Origin: Armatimonadota bacterium
GTDB lineage: Bacteria; Armatimonadota; SYMT01
DNA: 64,000 nt
NCBI GenBank assembly: GCA_041690135.1
Contig: JAWLHY010000001.1
Span: forward strand, 1,536,001-1,600,000
Reading direction: 5' to 3'
A model generated the notes under the pieces. The model saw only the letters and a list, made by a program, of their open reading frames with translations. It was not told the origin of the DNA and made no database searches. Shown piece by piece: positions 61,369 to 64,000 of this stretch (positions are counted from its first letter, which is position 1; each line of letters begins with the position of its first letter). The position numbers were made by a program, and so were the translations under genes.

Positions 61369-62013
61369 ATGTGCCAGGTTCCGGAGGCCAAAGAATTGAG
61401 GGGCATCTCTGCCATCGGCTATGCGTTGGCCGGCGCGGTGATAGCGACGGGTCTCCTCATCTTCGGCTTCTTCGCGTGGCTGCACCTGTTCCCGCGGCAG
61501 GCAGACCGCCTGGAGTTAGGGATCCTCGTCATCCTGCTCTGCCTGCCGGCTGTAGGCTCGAGCATCGGGATCGTGGTGGGGCTCTATCTCTGGAACGGCG
61601 GGTCGCCGCGGTTGCTCTCCGGGGAGCGACAGCCGATCGTCTTCCGTCCCCGCTCGGGTTCGGCTGTTGATCCCTCCCGGCATGCGCCCCAGGTCCTGTC
61701 CGAAGCTAAGACGCTTCCAGACCCGACAGCGGCGCCAATCCGGACCGGTAACTCCTGCGGTCGTTCTCTCCCAAACCGCCCCACTTATCCGCGTGCAGAA
61801 CCGGCCTCGTTTATGGATGGGGTGATGTTCCTGGTGGTGGCGCTGGTTCCGGGAACATGGAGCGCGATCATGGCGCATGGGATCTGGGACGGGCCGTGGC
61901 TGCAAAGCGTGGGCCGCCTGGTTTTGAACCCCGTGTTTCTGGTGCCTTTCGGGGTTACGGTGGCGCTGGTGGTTTGTGGTGTCTCGGTGATCCTCCGGTC
62001 GCGGGAAGCGTAA
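61369..62013 (+). CDS. Hypothetical membrane protein (4 TM)
   Basis: Two pairs of hydrophobic helices separated by a Pro-rich loop. Confidence 0.55.
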   Translation: MCQVPEAKELRGISAIGYALAGAVIATGLLIFGFFAWLHLFPRQADRLELGILVILLCLPAVGSSIGIVVGLYLWNGGSPRLLSGERQPIVFRPRSGSAVDPSRHAPQVLSEAKTLPDPTAAPIRTGNSCGRSLPNRPTYPRAEPASFMDGVMFLVVALVPGTWSAIMAHGIWDGPWLQSVGRLVLNPVFLVPFGVTVALVVCGVSVILRSREA

Positions 62014-62571
62014 GGTTGAGACGCCTTGAGAGGACCGCGCACCTCTCAGTCCGTGCCGTCCACCGTGCGCGGGTGGGTGTTCGGGTTGGCGTGGGGTGCG
62101 GCGGCTGAGCGCGGCAGTTGACCGCTCGCCGTTTCCGGCGGGGTGGCGGTTACCGGCAGGTCCCTCAGCCTCTCCGTGATTTCCTGGATGCGCCGGACGG
62201 CGCCGCGGGAGGCGGCCCGGGCACGGCGGTCTTGCTGGAACGAATCCTCCGCGACCTCCCGAGATCCGGCAGGGCCTCCCGCGGTTGGTGCGGATGGATT
62301 AGGACAATGAAAAGGATAAAGAGTCCCGGCACAGCACCACTTCCCTGACCAGGGGCTGGCCACGGCGCTCACGGGTTCTCCTTCTGGAAATTGAGTGCTC
62401 CGGCCAGGAACTCATCAGCATCGCCGAAGTTGCTGCGGGTCTATCGCTCCTCACCATGACGACCGTGTTCATGACCGGAAGGGACGCACCAGACCTGGGA
62501 ATGAAAGTGCAACTCGGAGCACTTCCCTTCATTCCGGAACGAACTCCCCTCTCCCCCCATCTGTCCCTGTC

Positions 62572-62703
62572 CATCCGTTCGATCCGTGTCATCCGTGTCA
62601 AAAAAGACACGACCCATAACTACGACACGAGCTACTACCCTGCCGGCGCACCCGCCGTTCCTTATCCCTATCCTCATCCTAATCGTAATCCACATCCTAA
62701 TCC
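62572..62703. repeat. Short tandem repeats upstream of hslV
   Basis: ATCCGTTCG ATCCGTGTC ATCCGTGTC, then a degenerate ATC-containing hexamer run (62661-62703). Confidence 0.6.
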
Positions 62704-62711
62704 GTTTAGCC

Positions 62712-62741
62712 CTGACACCCTCCCAGGGGGGGCTGTATAAT
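62712..62741 (+). promoter_or_regulatory. Sigma-70-type promoter of hslVU
   Basis: CTGACA-N18-TATAAT. Confidence 0.6.
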
Positions 62742-62794
62742 CGGTCGGAAAGGGCAAGCCCCCGGATCGCTCGCCGGCAGGCGTGGAAAGTACC

Positions 62795-63349
62795 ATGAGT
62801 AAGAAGCAAGAACCGATGCGGACCCGCTCTACCACCATCGTGGCGGTTCGCAAGAATGGGCAGGTCGCCCTGGCCGGGGACGGGCAGGTTACGCTGGGCG
62901 AGCATGCGGTGAAGCACACCGGTCGCAAGGTGCTGCGGCTGCTGGAAGGCAAGGTCCTGGCCGGCTTTGCGGGAGGCGCCGCGGACGCGCTTTCGCTGCT
63001 CGACCGGGTGGAGAACCACGTCCGGGAAACGCACGGCGACCTGGAGCGCGCGGTGATGCAGTTCGCCAAGGAGTGGCGGACGGACCGCATGCTGCGACGC
63101 CTGGAGGCCATGCTCGTGGTGGCGAACGACCGGAACACCTTTGTATTGAGCGGCAACGGCGACGTGCTGCGGCCGGATGAGGACGTGGTGGCGATTGGGT
63201 CGGGCGGGGCGATGGCGCACGCCGCGGCCCTGGCCCTGCACCGGCACACGGAGCTCTCCGCGGAGCAGATCGCGCGCGAGGCCATCGGCATCGCCGGCCG
63301 CCTGTGTATCTACACGAACGAGAACATCACCGTGGAAGTGCTGGGATAA
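62795..63349 (+). CDS. hslV: ATP-dependent protease subunit HslV
   Basis: [37 protein letters not shown]. Confidence 0.97.
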   Translation: MSKKQEPMRTRSTTIVAVRKNGQVALAGDGQVTLGEHAVKHTGRKVLRLLEGKVLAGFAGGAADALSLLDRVENHVRETHGDLERAVMQFAKEWRTDRMLRRLEAMLVVANDRNTFVLSGNGDVLRPDEDVVAIGSGGAMAHAAALALHRHTELSAEQIAREAIGIAGRLCIYTNENITVEVLG

Positions 63350-63350
63350 C

Positions 63351-64000
63351 ATGCAGGACCTGACTCCCCGCCAGATCGTGGCGGAACTGGACAAGTTCAT
63401 TGTTGGGCAGGCGAAGGCAAAGCGGGCGGTGGCGGTGGCGCTCCGCAACCGCTACCGGCGCCGACAGCTTCCGGCGGGCCTTCGCGAGGAAGTGATCCCC
63501 AAGAACATCCTGATGATCGGTCCCACGGGGGTGGGCAAAACGGAGATCGCGCGGCGGCTCGCGCGCCTGGCCAACGCGCCGTTCATCAAGGTGGAGGCCA
63601 CCAAGTTCACGGAAGTCGGCTACGTGGGGCGGGACGTGGACAGCATGATCCGCGACCTGGTGCAGATCTCCTTCCAACTGGTGGAGGAGGAGAAGACGCT
63701 GGAAGTGCGCGACCGGGCCAAGGAAGCGGCCACGGAGCGGCTGCTCGACCTGCTGCACCCGGTCCCGAAGCGAGAATCCTATCAGCCCAGCCTCTTCATG
63801 GGGTTCGGTGGCCAGCAGGGCGCGCCTTCGCAGGAAGAGGAAGAGAAGCAGAAGAAGCGGGTAGAACAGGCCCAGCGGATCCGGACCCGCCTGCGCGAGC
63901 AGCTCGAAATGGGCGCGCTCGACGACCGGAAGGTTGAGCTCGAGGTCGAGGAGCAGCAGAACTTCAGCTTTACGCCCGTCTTCACCGGCCAGGGCATGGA
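63351..64000 (+). CDS. hslU: ATP-dependent protease ATPase subunit HslU (partial, runs off window)
   Basis: Manual translation [20 protein letters not shown]...[22 protein letters not shown]...[17 protein letters not shown]. Confidence 0.97.
   Translation, partial: MQDLTPRQIVAELDKFIVGQAKAKRAVAVALRNRYRRRQLPAGLREEVIPKNILMIGPTGVGKTEIARRLARLANAPFIKVEATKFTEVGYVGRDVDSMIRDLVQISFQLVEEEKTLEVRDRAKEAATERLLDLLHPVPKRESYQPSLFMGFGGQQGAPSQEEEEKQKKRVEQAQRIRTRLREQLEMGALDDRKVELEVEEQQNFSFTPVFTGQGM

Noticed and set aside
62046-62610. Protein-coding gene between the membrane protein and hslV
   Set aside because: Several competing short ORFs with no motif or clear RBS; cannot choose one

Overview
GC-rich bacterial chromosome segment. 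The mix of PEP-CTERM proteins, a prepilin/H-X9-DG remnant, DUF1501 and DUF1549/DUF1553 proteins, a SigB/SigF-type sigma factor, PcrA and HslVU suggests Armatimonadota or a similar lineage (inference). Housekeeping and transport genes: modABC with an HTH-PBP regulator, serC, pcrA, an RluA-family synthase, hslVU, NRAMP-like and AI-2E transporters. Other coding content: three S8 peptidases, three sigma factors, a STAS protein, a hybrid histidine kinase, sdpRI, a type III PKS plus ACP, a catalase, a complete IS5-family element with an A5G5 frameshift site, and two genes reduced to their termini by internal deletions. The most unusual signals: (1) several roughly 110-230 nt intergenic elements that fold by eye into long rod-like hairpins, one present as two diverged direct copies bracketing a HEAT-repeat gene and hit by the IS; (2) a dispersed set of SigB-type promoters; (3) an S8 protease with a Tyr/Asp/Pro repeat tail directly upstream of a membrane sensor kinase; (4) a paralogous pair of unknown 74-91 aa proteins; (5) many 6-10 bp intergenic tandem repeats. 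All structure and family calls were made by eye, without searches or folding software.
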